41,170 nt of DNA from a virus (Duplodnaviria; Caudoviricetes): positions 1 to 41,170 of IMG/VR virus record IMGVR_UViG_3300033067_002333, one strand, 5' to 3'. Under the pieces are notes generated by a model. The model did no database searches, was not told where the DNA came from, and saw only the letters and a program-made list of their open reading frames with translations. Position 1 is the stretch's first letter. Each line of letters opens with the position of its first letter. Made by a program: the position numbers and the translations under genes. Positions 16,573 to 27,114 of this stretch are shown here, in pieces.

Positions 16573-19168
16573 TGTCCGCGTAAGGCTGAGCGCCGAGGGC
16601 GTCGCCGAGGTCGTCGCTGCGCTGAAGAAGGTGCAGAGCGAGGCGGTCAAGGCCTCGACGACCGCCGGCGCGGCCGCGACCAAGGGCGCCAGCGGCATCG
16701 GCTCGTTCACCAGCGCGCTCGGCGGGCTCAAGGGGCTGCTCGGTGCGGCGGGCCTCGTCGCTTCCGTCGCCGGCGTCGTGTCCTCGATCAAGGGCATCGG
16801 CGACCAGGCACTTCAGACGGCGGACCGGCTCGGCGACATGGCCGAGTCCGTGGGAACCACGCCGGGCAAGCTCTCCGTGCTGTCGAACGTGGCCGCGACG
16901 TCGGGTCTCTCGATTGAGCAGCTCGGGACCGTGCTCGCAAAGACTGCGAAACTCACGACTGATTTCCAGAACGGCTCCTCGGAAGCATCCGCAAGCATGC
17001 GTGAGCTGGGCATCTCGCTGAAGGACCTGCAGGGCAAGGACACGGCCGATCGGGTCGCGCTGGTGGCGAAGCGAGTGAGCGAACTGAGGGGCTCTGCCGA
17101 GAAGACCACGGCGGTGATCGGTGCGCTCGGGGAGAAGCTCGGCCCGAAAGCCATCCCGTTCCTGAACGAGGTGGGCTCCAAGGGCATCGAGGGCGCACGA
17201 AAGGAGCTCGAGCGGCTCGGTCTGGTCCTCAGTGATCAGGTCATCGCCAACGTGAAGCGTCTCGGCGATACGGGCGAGCGCAGCCAGAGCCAGATCGTGG
17301 CTCTCGGTTCGGCGTTCCTCTCGGGGGCGTCCGGTCCGATCGTCCAGGGACTCGAGGCGACGCAGGAAGCGCTCGGGACAACTACGGAATTGTGGAAAGG
17401 GCTCGGCGAGGCAATCGGGTTCGCCGTTCGCTACACACTGCTGATGCTGGCGGCGCTGTCACCGCTGCTGAATCTGTTCGATGGACTCGGAACCCTGCTC
17501 GGCAACGGAATCATCCTGATCGACTCGTTCTTCCGGCAGGCGTCACTCCGGGCGAAGGGCCGGTTCGAGGAGGCCAAAGCGCAGGCTAAGCTCGTCGAGG
17601 AGGTCGTCCAGCGGAACATCGACGCAGCCGCCAAGCGCGCGCAGGAGCGGATGGAGACCGCTGGCAAGGCGCTGAAAGGCTTCCTCGACGGCGCGAGTGG
17701 CGCAAGCACAGCGCCTACCGGTGGCGACGACGTCGATTCTGAGGATCTCAAGAGGCAGCGGAGGGCGCTCCGAGAGCGCCTGCGGGCCGAAGACGAGGCA
17801 TTTCGCAGGGCGTCGAGGAGTCTCGACGAGGAGGATGAGCGTCGTGCGCTGGAGCGTGGCGAGCGAACTCTAGAGGCCCACTATGCAAACCGCCGTGGCT
17901 TCGTAGCTGCTGCTCTCCGTGAAGAGATCAAACTCATCAATGGTCGCGAAAGGGATGAGATTGCGGCGGCGGCCAGCACGGCGGAGAAGCGGCTCGCAAT
18001 TCGCACCGCGGCCAACCGGAGATATCTCGCGCTGCGGACTGCCGCTGGTCGCAATGCCGACCTGGACATTCAGGAGACCAAGGCCGGGCTGGATCTCGCG
18101 GACAGAATGCTCTCGATACGGCGCAGCGCGCTGGAGGTTGTCGGACGCGAGCGCGAGATCCAGGACGCCATCCTTAGGTTAGAAGTCGCGCAGCTTGAAG
18201 CCAACCTTCGGGCTGCTGGTGTTTCTGCTGAAGAGGTGGGGCGCCTGAGTTTGGAGGCGTCGACCAGCAAGGAGCTTGCAAACGCCTTCTCCAACGCCAC
18301 GTTAGAGGCAAGCCGCGCGTTGTCTACGCTCCAGCATGACCGCGCGGAGATCCAAGCACGCATCTCCGCCGGGCTACTCGGTGAAGCTGCCGGAGCTCGA
18401 CAACTTCTCGCGCTCGACGAGGCACGCCTACCGAAGCTCCGTGAGCTCGCCGCGGCGCTGTCCAGCATCGCGAAGGAGAGCGGCAACCCAGAGTTCATCG
18501 AGAAGGCGCGGGAGTTCTCGCTCAACATCGACCAGATCGGGCTCTCCATCCGCGCGGCGGGCGATGCTCTGGCCACGTTCCGCGCCGACTTCGAGAGCGC
18601 GTTCCAGTCCGGGCTCTCGTCGTTCCTCGGTAGCGCGATCAATCAGGTGCACAGCCTCGAGGACGCGTTCCGCCAGCTCGCGAGCTCGATCATCGCGGAC
18701 GTCCAGCGTATCTCGGCCCAGAAGCTCTCCGGATCGATCACGCAGCTGCTATTTGGCGGCGGAGTCGGGCTGACGAAGTCCCAGAAGGACCTCATCTCCA
18801 TCACGAGTGGGCTGAACTTCGCCACCGGTGGCTATGTCTCCGGGCCCGGCACCGGGACCAGCGATTCCGTCCCGGCGAACCTCTCGAACGGCGAGTTCGT
18901 CGTGCGCGCCTCGGTCGTGGACCGGCCTGGTGTGCGCGAGGCCCTCACCAACCTCAACTTCGGCCATCGCTATGACCTCACACCGCCCAGCTTTGCGCCC
19001 ATCCAGTTCAACCACGGGGATTTCGGCGAGGGCGGCGGGACGCTGACCGTGAACCTGGGCGACGGCCTCAAGGCCAGCGACGTCCAGTCGAGCGGCAACC
19101 TCAAGATACTCGTGAAGCAGGTCAGCGAGAACCGACGCCTCTTCCGGCGCATCCTCGGGAGTGATTGA
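16559..19168 (+). CDS. Tail tape measure protein
   Basis: 869 aa, helical and Ala/Leu-rich; C-terminal FATGGYVSGPGTGTSDSVPANLSNGEFVVRA; ggagg RBS. Confidence 0.92.
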   Translation: MPSPDVRVRLSAEGVAEVVAALKKVQSEAVKASTTAGAAATKGASGIGSFTSALGGLKGLLGAAGLVASVAGVVSSIKGIGDQALQTADRLGDMAESVGTTPGKLSVLSNVAATSGLSIEQLGTVLAKTAKLTTDFQNGSSEASASMRELGISLKDLQGKDTADRVALVAKRVSELRGSAEKTTAVIGALGEKLGPKAIPFLNEVGSKGIEGARKELERLGLVLSDQVIANVKRLGDTGERSQSQIVALGSAFLSGASGPIVQGLEATQEALGTTTELWKGLGEAIGFAVRYTLLMLAALSPLLNLFDGLGTLLGNGIILIDSFFRQASLRAKGRFEEAKAQAKLVEEVVQRNIDAAAKRAQERMETAGKALKGFLDGASGASTAPTGGDDVDSEDLKRQRRALRERLRAEDEAFRRASRSLDEEDERRALERGERTLEAHYANRRGFVAAALREEIKLINGRERDEIAAAASTAEKRLAIRTAANRRYLALRTAAGRNADLDIQETKAGLDLADRMLSIRRSALEVVGREREIQDAILRLEVAQLEANLRAAGVSAEEVGRLSLEASTSKELANAFSNATLEASRALSTLQHDRAEIQARISAGLLGEAAGARQLLALDEARLPKLRELAAALSSIAKESGNPEFIEKAREFSLNIDQIGLSIRAAGDALATFRADFESAFQSGLSSFLGSAINQVHSLEDAFRQLASSIIADVQRISAQKLSGSITQLLFGGGVGLTKSQKDLISITSGLNFATGGYVSGPGTGTSDSVPANLSNGEFVVRASVVDRPGVREALTNLNFGHRYDLTPPSFAPIQFNHGDFGEGGGTLTVNLGDGLKASDVQSSGNLKILVKQVSENRRLFRRILGSD

Positions 19169-20760
19169 CCGTGTTCGAGACCGGCACCGCCACTGACTAC
19201 CTCGACCTGCTCGAGAAGCTGCACACGTTCCTCACCACGAACGGCAGCACGTTCGGCCTGACCTATGCCGGCACCGGCAACGGGACGCTGACCGCGCACC
19301 GCGGCGGGGCGAGCTCGATCGCCGAGACGTTCACCATCACCGCGACGAGCGCCACCAACTTCACCGTGGTCGGCTCCACGTCGGGCAGCATCGGGCCCGC
19401 GACCGTCGGGACGCCGTTCTCGCACGCGAAGATCGCCTTCACGCTCACCGCGGGAGGCACCGCCTTCGTTGCCGGCGACGTGTTCACGCTCTCGACCGCG
19501 CCCAAGTGGACGAGCATGCGTCGCGCGCGCGGGTGCACGGTCACCGCCAGCGCCGGCACCACGGGGCAGTACGCGGCCGAGAACGTCATCGACGGGCTCG
19601 AGGTCGCGGACAACAACCGCTACTGGGACGCCGGCGCTGCGCCCACCCAGACCATCGAGTGCACGTTCCTCGACGCCCAGACGATCGTCGAGTACTCGAT
19701 CATGGGCTACAGCTTCTCGGCGCCCAAGACATGGACGCTCGAGTACTGGAACGGCTCCTCGTGGGTCACCGCCGACACCCGGTCCAACATCACCAGCTGG
19801 GGAACCACGGCCAACTTCATCACCTTCACGGTGGCATCGCCCGGATCGAGCACGCGTTGGCGGCTGAACATCACGGCCGGCCAGTCCGGGTCCGGACTCA
19901 CGATGCACCAGCTCGAGCTGCGGACCTCGGCGAGCGGCTACAACGTGGCGTTCGGGCAGTACATCTGGAAGGCGCCGGGCAACGACGGCACCTCCGAGAT
20001 CTACGTGGGCGCCCACCACTTCCGCCGCATCGACGCGGATTACTTCAACTGGGAGCTGGCCGGCTTCGACGGTTTCAACTCGGCCTCCGAGTGGTACGCC
20101 CAGCCGAACGCCCAGGCCGGGCTCTACCTGCCGCTGCTGAACGCATCGATCCCGTACTGGTTCATCGTCAACGGCCGACGGGCGATCGTCGTGGCGAAGG
20201 TGGGGTCTCAGTACGAGGTCGCATACCTCGGACTCATCGACCCGTACTTCACGCCCGGCCAGATGCCGTACCTGCTCGCCCTCGGTGGCACCCTCGCATT
20301 CAGCGCTCCGCCCCTGTGGAACTCCACCTCGTGGAAGTACACGAACTCGACGAATGCACACCGGGCACCGACCCACTCGGACCCGAATGCCGCATCGTCC
20401 GGCGGCAACGTCCTGCTCGGGCATCTGCGCCTGCGCAAGCCCGACGGTGTCTGGAACCCGTTCTTCGCGACCATCCAGGACGGGTTCAACAACGCCCCGC
20501 TCGCCGAGCACTGGATCTGGCCCTACACCGGGGACATCAGCCTGCTCGACAAGAACCTCGACGGCACCTACGCGCTCTGGCCCGTGATGCTGGTGCACAA
20601 CGCTCCGAACACGTACGGCCAGCTCGACGGCGTCCTCGCCGTGACAGGGCAGGACGTGACCGCCGAGGACACCATCAGGATCGGCGCGATCGACCACCTC
20701 GCGCTCCCGAACATCAACCGGACCGACCGCAACGACTGGTTCGTCGTGAGGCTCGACTGA
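19165..20760 (+). CDS. Tail tip/virion structural protein with inserted beta domains (discoidin-like)
   Basis: FETGTATDYLDLL N-terminus; YAAENVIDG...APKTWTLEY...RWRLNIT discoidin pattern; YWFIVNGRRAIVV. Confidence 0.7.
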   Translation: MTVFETGTATDYLDLLEKLHTFLTTNGSTFGLTYAGTGNGTLTAHRGGASSIAETFTITATSATNFTVVGSTSGSIGPATVGTPFSHAKIAFTLTAGGTAFVAGDVFTLSTAPKWTSMRRARGCTVTASAGTTGQYAAENVIDGLEVADNNRYWDAGAAPTQTIECTFLDAQTIVEYSIMGYSFSAPKTWTLEYWNGSSWVTADTRSNITSWGTTANFITFTVASPGSSTRWRLNITAGQSGSGLTMHQLELRTSASGYNVAFGQYIWKAPGNDGTSEIYVGAHHFRRIDADYFNWELAGFDGFNSASEWYAQPNAQAGLYLPLLNASIPYWFIVNGRRAIVVAKVGSQYEVAYLGLIDPYFTPGQMPYLLALGGTLAFSAPPLWNSTSWKYTNSTNAHRAPTHSDPNAASSGGNVLLGHLRLRKPDGVWNPFFATIQDGFNNAPLAEHWIWPYTGDISLLDKNLDGTYALWPVMLVHNAPNTYGQLDGVLAVTGQDVTAEDTIRIGAIDHLALPNINRTDRNDWFVVRLD

Positions 20761-20761
20761 C

Positions 20762-21739
20762 ATGGCCGCTTCCTATTCCACCGGTACCGCATCCGGCCCC
20801 ACGGACCTGCTCCAGAAGCTCGTCACCTGGCTGGTGGCTCAGGGCTGGACCTCCGACTCGAGCGTGTCCGACGGCAGCGGCTGGCGCGCCCACCTGCACA
20901 AGTCCGGCCTGTACGTGAACATGCGCTCGGCGGTGAACGAGGGCATCTGGAACTACAACAACTTCAACGGCTACGGCATCGGGCTCTACCTCGGTGACGG
21001 CTACTCGGGCGCGTCGAACTGGCGGTCGCAGAGCGGTGGGCCCATCGTCAATGGCACCGCCAACCAGGTCGGCGCGGGGATGCTGCTCAACTCCGGCGCC
21101 ATCACCGCCTATCACTTCTTCGACAACGGCTCCGACCACATCGTCGTGGTGGTGGAGAAGTCGCCGGGCATCTTCTGCCACATGGGCTGGGGCCCGTCGC
21201 TGGTGAAGACCGGCTACTCGACTGACTTCCCGTACTTCTGGGGATCCGCCAGCGCCTACTACACGACCTCGCAGTACGTCGGTCAGCCCGGGGACCTCGC
21301 CACCAGCTACCCGCCCACCGCGCCGATCGTGCAGTCCTCGAACACGCACTCGACCTGTTACGTGAAGGTCGACGCCGGCACCTTCGCCGCGCGCTGGATC
21401 TCGATGACGAACACGACCTCGGGCCCGACCACGACCGGGTACACGGGCAAGCAGGCGCGCACCGCGGCCGACGTGGCCAATGTCTTCACGCAGGGCGAGT
21501 ACCCATCGTGGGTGAACGTCGACTCCCGTTCGTGGCAGACGGCGTTCTCCGGGGCGATGCTGCTCCCGTTCCACATCTACGTGAACACCGCCTCCGCGCG
21601 CTGGGCCCCGATCGGGTATCCACCCACCACGTTCTACTGCCAGGCGGTCGGCCACGGCTGGGGCGCCGGTGAGGTCTACGCGGTGGGCGGTGTGAACTAC
21701 ATGCTCTTCCCGAACTTCGCCGTCCTGAAGGCGGCATGA
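20762..21739 (+). CDS. Virion structural protein, distant paralog of the previous gene
   Basis: YSTGTASGPTDLLQKL...GW N-terminus; AYHFFD; YMLFP C-terminus. Confidence 0.7.
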   Translation: MAASYSTGTASGPTDLLQKLVTWLVAQGWTSDSSVSDGSGWRAHLHKSGLYVNMRSAVNEGIWNYNNFNGYGIGLYLGDGYSGASNWRSQSGGPIVNGTANQVGAGMLLNSGAITAYHFFDNGSDHIVVVVEKSPGIFCHMGWGPSLVKTGYSTDFPYFWGSASAYYTTSQYVGQPGDLATSYPPTAPIVQSSNTHSTCYVKVDAGTFAARWISMTNTTSGPTTTGYTGKQARTAADVANVFTQGEYPSWVNVDSRSWQTAFSGAMLLPFHIYVNTASARWAPIGYPPTTFYCQAVGHGWGAGEVYAVGGVNYMLFPNFAVLKAA

Positions 21740-21740
21740 T

Positions 21741-22811
21741 ATGGCCGCATTCGTGGGTGTGGCGTCTCCTGCGCCAGATGTCCTCCCCGGATCCATGTCC
21801 TCGGACCTGTCGGGCATCAGCTGCCCGGCACCGACCGATCCAGCGTGGACGCTCGTGGGTGGGGGCGCCGCCGGCGCGCGCACGGACGTCGTTGCGTCCC
21901 CGGCGTCGGTGAGCCGGGGCGGCGCCCGCGCCCCCGCACACGACCTGGTCTGGTTCGACCGTATCCACGTGGTGCCGCGCCGCGTCGACGTCGCCTTCGT
22001 GCTGTCCGAGCAGTCCATCGAGGTCGAGGTCTGGAACGCGTTCATGTCGCGTTCCCGGACGCTCGCCTCGATCGGGATCTCGGGCCCGGCCGGTGTGTCG
22101 ATCGACGGCCCGCCCACCACGCCGCTCGATGTGCCCGCCTCCGACTCGACCATCTACACGGTGGTGATCGCGGGGGATGGTGCCGCGTCGATCGACGACG
22201 TGATCACCTGGTACTTCACCGGCGTGTCGTCCACCGGCACCGACCTGACGCTCGTGGGCTTGCGCCTGCAGCCGTTCCCGTTCCCGCCGGACATGTCGCA
22301 GGGGATCCGCGAGGCGATCGTCTACCTGACCGACGTCATCGAGGCCTACGACACCAGCGAGCAGCGGGTACAGCTGCGCGCGATCGCGCGGGGCGGGATG
22401 GAGTATGTCCCGGTCTTCACCGACCCGCGGGATGCTCAGTATGCCAACGCGCTGCTGCAGGGCGCTCAGGCCATGGCGCTCGGTGTGCCGCTCTGGCAGT
22501 ACGTGGAGCGCCTGACGGTCGCCGCCGGCGTCGGCGCGACGACGCTCACGCTGCCCACCACGGATGTCCCGTGGGCCGACGGCGATACCGTGTTCCTGTT
22601 CTCGGACCCGTACACGTGGGAGGCGCTGACCGTCGACACCGTCGGGGCCGGAAGCCTGACGCTCGGCTCGCCGACCACGAAGGCGTGGGGCGTCGGGACG
22701 CAGGCCACCATCCTCAAGGTCGGCCGCCTCGGGAACTCCCAGCCGTTCGACTGGCACTCCATGCTCTACGGCGCAGTGAAGGTCTCGTTCTCGCTCGAGA
22801 GTGCGGCGTGA
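21741..22811 (+). CDS. Tail tip protein, N-terminal part (D3112-like)
   Basis: WFDRIHVVP, VWNAF, YLTDVI...EQRVQLR. Confidence 0.7.
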   Translation: MAAFVGVASPAPDVLPGSMSSDLSGISCPAPTDPAWTLVGGGAAGARTDVVASPASVSRGGARAPAHDLVWFDRIHVVPRRVDVAFVLSEQSIEVEVWNAFMSRSRTLASIGISGPAGVSIDGPPTTPLDVPASDSTIYTVVIAGDGAASIDDVITWYFTGVSSTGTDLTLVGLRLQPFPFPPDMSQGIREAIVYLTDVIEAYDTSEQRVQLRAIARGGMEYVPVFTDPRDAQYANALLQGAQAMALGVPLWQYVERLTVAAGVGATTLTLPTTDVPWADGDTVFLFSDPYTWEALTVDTVGAGSLTLGSPTTKAWGVGTQATILKVGRLGNSQPFDWHSMLYGAVKVSFSLESAA

Positions 22812-23425
22812 CCTACCTCGGCTTCGACGTGCTCGACCAGGTGGGGCACAACCGCCGCGGCGTCTACGCCGATGACTCGCAGCGCTCCTTCGAGCTGCTC
22901 GACACCGGGACCGGGACGCGCTCGAGCGACGCGCGCGGGACCGCGCCGACGCCCGTGCGGCCGTTCCAGTGGACCTGCCTCGACCGGGCCGCGATCGCGC
23001 AGCTGCGGGCGTTCGTGCACGCGCGCAAGGGCCGCGCGGTGCCGTTCTGGGTGCCCACGTACCAGCAGGACCTGACCCTCGCCACCGACCTGACGAGCGG
23101 CGGATCCACCGCGACCATCCGGTGGGTCGGCTACTCGCAGTACCTGTTCGCGAACACCGGACGGCGGCACCTGGCGTTCATCCAGCCGGGCGGCGCGATG
23201 CTGCTGCGCAAGGTGACGGGCGTGAGTGATCCCGGGACGTACACGACCGAGGACCTCGCCCTCAGCTCCTCGGTGAGCCCGACCCAACTGGCCGACCGGA
23301 CCATCGTGAGCTTCCTGCGCCTCTGCCGCCTCGAGAGCGACGAGCTCGTGATCGACTGGAAGTCCCGCAGCGTCGCCGAGGCCACGCTCGAGCTGCACGA
23401 CCTCGGGATGGAGGCACCGGCATGA
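22808..23425 (+). CDS. Tail tip protein, C-terminal part (distal-tail-like)
   Basis: GTGA-coupled; LDTGTG, ARKGRAVPFWVPT, SFLRLCRLESD. Confidence 0.7.
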   Translation: MTYLGFDVLDQVGHNRRGVYADDSQRSFELLDTGTGTRSSDARGTAPTPVRPFQWTCLDRAAIAQLRAFVHARKGRAVPFWVPTYQQDLTLATDLTSGGSTATIRWVGYSQYLFANTGRRHLAFIQPGGAMLLRKVTGVSDPGTYTTEDLALSSSVSPTQLADRTIVSFLRLCRLESDELVIDWKSRSVAEATLELHDLGMEAPA

Positions 23426-24222
23426 CGTTCGACTCGAGGGAGAAGAGCCGCAACGACGCCCAGCCCGTGGAGTGCTACCGCTTCGCGCAGGGTGACCGCC
23501 TGTGGCTGCTCACCACGGCCGACCAGGCGGTGACGCTGCCCACCGGGACCTACCAGCCGGACGTGCTGGTCCGCGGGGCGCTCAACCACAACCAGGAGGA
23601 CGGTTCCGGCTCGCTCGAGATCACGGTCCCGCGGGATTCGTCGATCGCCGAGCCGTTCATCCTGTTCGTGCCCACGACGCGCATCACCCTGACCGTGTAC
23701 CGCGCCCACCGCAGCGATGAGTCGCTCGCCGAGGTGAAGTTCGTCGGGACCGTGAGCTCGGTCGTGTTCGATGGCTCGGCCGCCAAGGTCCGGTGCGCGC
23801 CGCTGCAGGCCGCCTTCACCCGAACAGTGCCGCGCCAGACCTTCCACGGCGCCTGCGCGTGGGCGCTCTACGGGCCGGGCTGCGGCGTGGACTCGGGCGC
23901 GTTCCGCGACACCGCGCTGCTCGGGACCGTCTCCGGCATCACGCTGACGTCCTCGGACTTCGCGCTCCGCGCGAGCGGCTGGTACACGAACGGCTGGCTG
24001 CAGGGGCCGGGCGGGGACATCCGCTTCGTGGTCGACCACGTGGGCAGCACGGTGACGCTGATGAGTGCGATGCCCGGGCTGGCGTCCGGGCAGACGGTCC
24101 AGATCTTCGCCGGCTGCGCGCGCACCGAGGCCGTGTGCGCCTCCAAGTTCGCGAACCTCGACAACTTCCTCGGCTTCCCGCGGATCCCGTCCCGCGACCC
24201 GCAGCAGAAGGGACTGTACTGA
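23422..24222 (+). CDS. Baseplate hub, DUF2163/BR0599 family
   Basis: PVECYRF, CAWALYGPGC, AGCARTEAVCASKFANLDNFLGFPRIP. Confidence 0.88.
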   Translation: MTFDSREKSRNDAQPVECYRFAQGDRLWLLTTADQAVTLPTGTYQPDVLVRGALNHNQEDGSGSLEITVPRDSSIAEPFILFVPTTRITLTVYRAHRSDESLAEVKFVGTVSSVVFDGSAAKVRCAPLQAAFTRTVPRQTFHGACAWALYGPGCGVDSGAFRDTALLGTVSGITLTSSDFALRASGWYTNGWLQGPGGDIRFVVDHVGSTVTLMSAMPGLASGQTVQIFAGCARTEAVCASKFANLDNFLGFPRIPSRDPQQKGLY

Positions 24223-26687
24223 TGGGGTTCTTCGTCGCGCTCCTGTGGAACCTCGTGATCAACGTCGGCGCCGCGCTGCTCGGCCGGGCGCTGTCCCCGC
24301 GCGAGCGGTCGGACCGGCTGCGCCCGAGCGCGCTCGGCGAGTTCTCGGTGCCGACGGCCGAGGAGGGGCGCGTCATCCCGGTCGCCTTCGGCACCTGCCA
24401 CATCCGCGGCCCGAACTGCGTCTGGTACGGCGACCTCGCCACCGAGGCGATCGAGACCGACGGGCAGGTCAGCGGCTACCGCTACTACCTCGGCATGCAC
24501 TACGTGCTCTGCCACGGCCCCGTGGATGACGTCCTCGAGGTCCGCTGGGACGGCCGCATCCCATCCACCACGTCGAGCACGCTGGCCACCTACAAGCGCA
24601 TCACGGTCAACGCGAAAGACCTGTTCGGGCAGGACGACGGCATCAAGGGCTCGCTCGACTGCTACTTCGGCGACCTCACGCAGGTCGCCAGTCCCTACCT
24701 GGTCTCGGCGATCGGGACCGCGCTGCCGGGGCTGCGCGGCATCTGCCATGCGGTACTCAACCGCCCGTGGCTCGGCAACTCGCCCTACATCAAGCCCATC
24801 TCGTTCGTGGTGCGCCGGCTCCCCAACTCGCTCGGCCTCTCGGCCGGCGCCCACGACATCTCCACCGACGCGAACCCGGCCTGCATGCTGTACGAGATCC
24901 TCACCAACCAGCGCTGGGGCCTCGGGCTGCCGGTGGGATCGATCGACGTCACCGGCTTCCGCGCCGCCGGCGTGACGCTCAAGGCGGAGGGCTTCGGCCT
25001 GTCCATGCTGTTCGACGGGGCGACCAGCGCCCGCGACATGATCGACGAGATCCTCCGGCACATCGACGCGCTGGTCTACAGCGACCCGTCGACCGGGCTG
25101 CTCACGATCAAGCTCATCCGGGCCGACTACACGGTCGGCACCCTGCCGGTGCTCGACACCTCGAACGTGGTGAGCTGCGAGCTGGTGCGGCCGTCGTGGG
25201 AGGAGACCCGGAACCACGTGCGCGTGCGCTACGTCGACCGGGCATCGGACTTCGCCGAACGGGTGGCCAACGCGCAGGACCTCGCCAACATCCAGATCCG
25301 CGCCGGCGACGTCGCGGCCGAGGACCTCGACTTCACCGGCATCTCGAACGGGACGCTCGCGCAGCGCGTCACCGCCCGCGAGCTGAAGAGCCGCTCCCAC
25401 CCAATCGGGAGCCTCGAGCTCGTCGCCAACCGCACCGCCCACGCCGTGAAGCCCGGCGACGTGTTCAAGCTCACGTGGCCGCCGCTCGGCATCGTGGACA
25501 TGATCGTCCGGGTCTCGGATCCGGGCTACGGGACGCTCACCGACGGCCGCGTCACCATGCACGCGCTCGAGGACGTGTTCGCCGTGACCTGGACCGGCTA
25601 CCCGGCGCCGCCGGCCACCGAGTGGATCGACCCGTTCATCGCGCCGCAGGTGCTCACCGCGGGCCGCCTGATGGAGACGCCGTACACGTTCGGGCTCGGC
25701 GTGAAGGTGCCCGTGGAGGGCGGGTTCTACACGCTCGACGTCGGGACCAACCGCCGCATCATGACGCTGGCCGCGCGTGGGGCCTACGCGGCTCTCGGCT
25801 ACGAGGTCTGGAGCGACCCGGCCGGCGGGACCACGTACCTCAAGACGAACAGCGTCAGCCAGCTCACGCCCTCGGGCGTGCTGTCGGCCTCGATCACCCC
25901 GAAGTCCACGAGCCTGACGGTCACCTCGGGCATCGGCCTCGCCGCGCTCGAGTCGGTGAACGCGGCCGCCCTCGCCGAGGGACGCAACCTCCTGATCGTG
26001 GATGACGAGATCGTGGCGTGGCAGACCGTCACCGACAACGGCGACGGCACCTTCACGATCTCCGGGCTGGTGCGCGGCTGCATCGACACCACGCCGAAGG
26101 CCCACGCCGGCGCCGCGCGCGTCTGGTTCGCCTCGAACGGCTACGGCCTCTCGCGCTATACGCCCTACGACGCGGACCTGACTCTCACCGCGAAGCTGCT
26201 CCCGTTCAACACGAAGGGGACGCTGGCGATCGGCTCGGCCACCCAGATCTCCACCACGACCGTGAGCCGCCCGACTCGGCCGTATGTGCCGGGCGCGATC
26301 AAGCTCAACACGGTCGACTACCCGGTGAACATCAACGGCCAGCTCGTCGTGTCCTGGTCGCACCGCAACCGGCTCGCGGTGTGGGAGTACGACGACGCCG
26401 GCGCGACCGGATCCGGCGAGCCGAGTGTCACCTACCGCGTGAAGGTCTACGGCGAGACAGGGACGCTCATCCACACCGAGACCGGGCTCACCGGCACCAG
26501 CTGGACCTACTCGCTCGCCGCGGAGATCAGCGACAGCGGCGGCCTCGGCCGACCGAACGGAACGCTGCGTGTGGTCGTCGAGGCGCTGAACGGCGCGCTG
26601 GCCTCGTACCAGGCGTACGACCACACCACGGATGCCGCGGGCTGGGGAATGCTCTACGGCGACTACTACGGCGGCGCGGCCGCGTAA
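24222..26687 (+). CDS. Central tail tip protein (Phage-tail_3/megatron-like)
   Basis: PTAEEGRVIPVAFGT, LCHGPVD, DANPACMLYEILTN, VRGCIDT. Confidence 0.88.
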   Translation: MGFFVALLWNLVINVGAALLGRALSPRERSDRLRPSALGEFSVPTAEEGRVIPVAFGTCHIRGPNCVWYGDLATEAIETDGQVSGYRYYLGMHYVLCHGPVDDVLEVRWDGRIPSTTSSTLATYKRITVNAKDLFGQDDGIKGSLDCYFGDLTQVASPYLVSAIGTALPGLRGICHAVLNRPWLGNSPYIKPISFVVRRLPNSLGLSAGAHDISTDANPACMLYEILTNQRWGLGLPVGSIDVTGFRAAGVTLKAEGFGLSMLFDGATSARDMIDEILRHIDALVYSDPSTGLLTIKLIRADYTVGTLPVLDTSNVVSCELVRPSWEETRNHVRVRYVDRASDFAERVANAQDLANIQIRAGDVAAEDLDFTGISNGTLAQRVTARELKSRSHPIGSLELVANRTAHAVKPGDVFKLTWPPLGIVDMIVRVSDPGYGTLTDGRVTMHALEDVFAVTWTGYPAPPATEWIDPFIAPQVLTAGRLMETPYTFGLGVKVPVEGGFYTLDVGTNRRIMTLAARGAYAALGYEVWSDPAGGTTYLKTNSVSQLTPSGVLSASITPKSTSLTVTSGIGLAALESVNAAALAEGRNLLIVDDEIVAWQTVTDNGDGTFTISGLVRGCIDTTPKAHAGAARVWFASNGYGLSRYTPYDADLTLTAKLLPFNTKGTLAIGSATQISTTTVSRPTRPYVPGAIKLNTVDYPVNINGQLVVSWSHRNRLAVWEYDDAGATGSGEPSVTYRVKVYGETGTLIHTETGLTGTSWTYSLAAEISDSGGLGRPNGTLRVVVEALNGALASYQAYDHTTDAAGWGMLYGDYYGGAAA

Positions 26688-26696
26688 GGGGGAGAG

Positions 26697-27047
26697 ATGC
26701 CGACCACGGGACCGAACGCCGGCATGCAGCACAGCTGGGCCGCTCGTGAGAGCGGCTGGAACACCGGCATGGACGCGAACCTGAAGAAGATCGACGCGCT
26801 CATGGGTGGCGGCGTCAAGGACAAGGACCTCGCCACACCGCCGGGATCGCCGGCGAACGGGGACCGCTACATCGTGGCCGCCTCACCGACCGGCGCGTGG
26901 GTTGGCCATGCGACGCACATCGCGGTCTGGGAGTCGGCTGGCAGTGCGTGGACGTTCTACGCGCCGTGGAAGGGCCTGCTCGTCTACGTCGACGACGAGG
27001 ACAAGTACTACAAGTTCACGACGCTCTGGGTGATCACAGCGGTCTGA
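26697..27047 (+). CDS. DUF2793 domain protein (stand-alone)
   Basis: TPPGSPANGDRYIVAASPTGAWVGH...WTFYAPWKGLLVYVDDE. Confidence 0.85.
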   Translation: MPTTGPNAGMQHSWAARESGWNTGMDANLKKIDALMGGGVKDKDLATPPGSPANGDRYIVAASPTGAWVGHATHIAVWESAGSAWTFYAPWKGLLVYVDDEDKYYKFTTLWVITAV

Positions 27048-27114
27048 GTCTGGTAGTCTGGGTGAACAGGATTCGCTGGAGCAGCACCCGCACGGATGCG
27101 CGGGGATTGGCGCC

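Noticed and set aside
23868-26732. 954-aa minus-strand ORF, and similar long ones at 11183-13234, 14516-16189, 18970-20763, 1322-2653 and 32056-33480
   Set aside because: Antisense shadows of clear genes; high-GC codon bias removes stops, and the translations have no recognisable motifs
27042-27062. Three GTCTG repeats
   Set aside because: Too short and irregular to be an array or to call as a binding site
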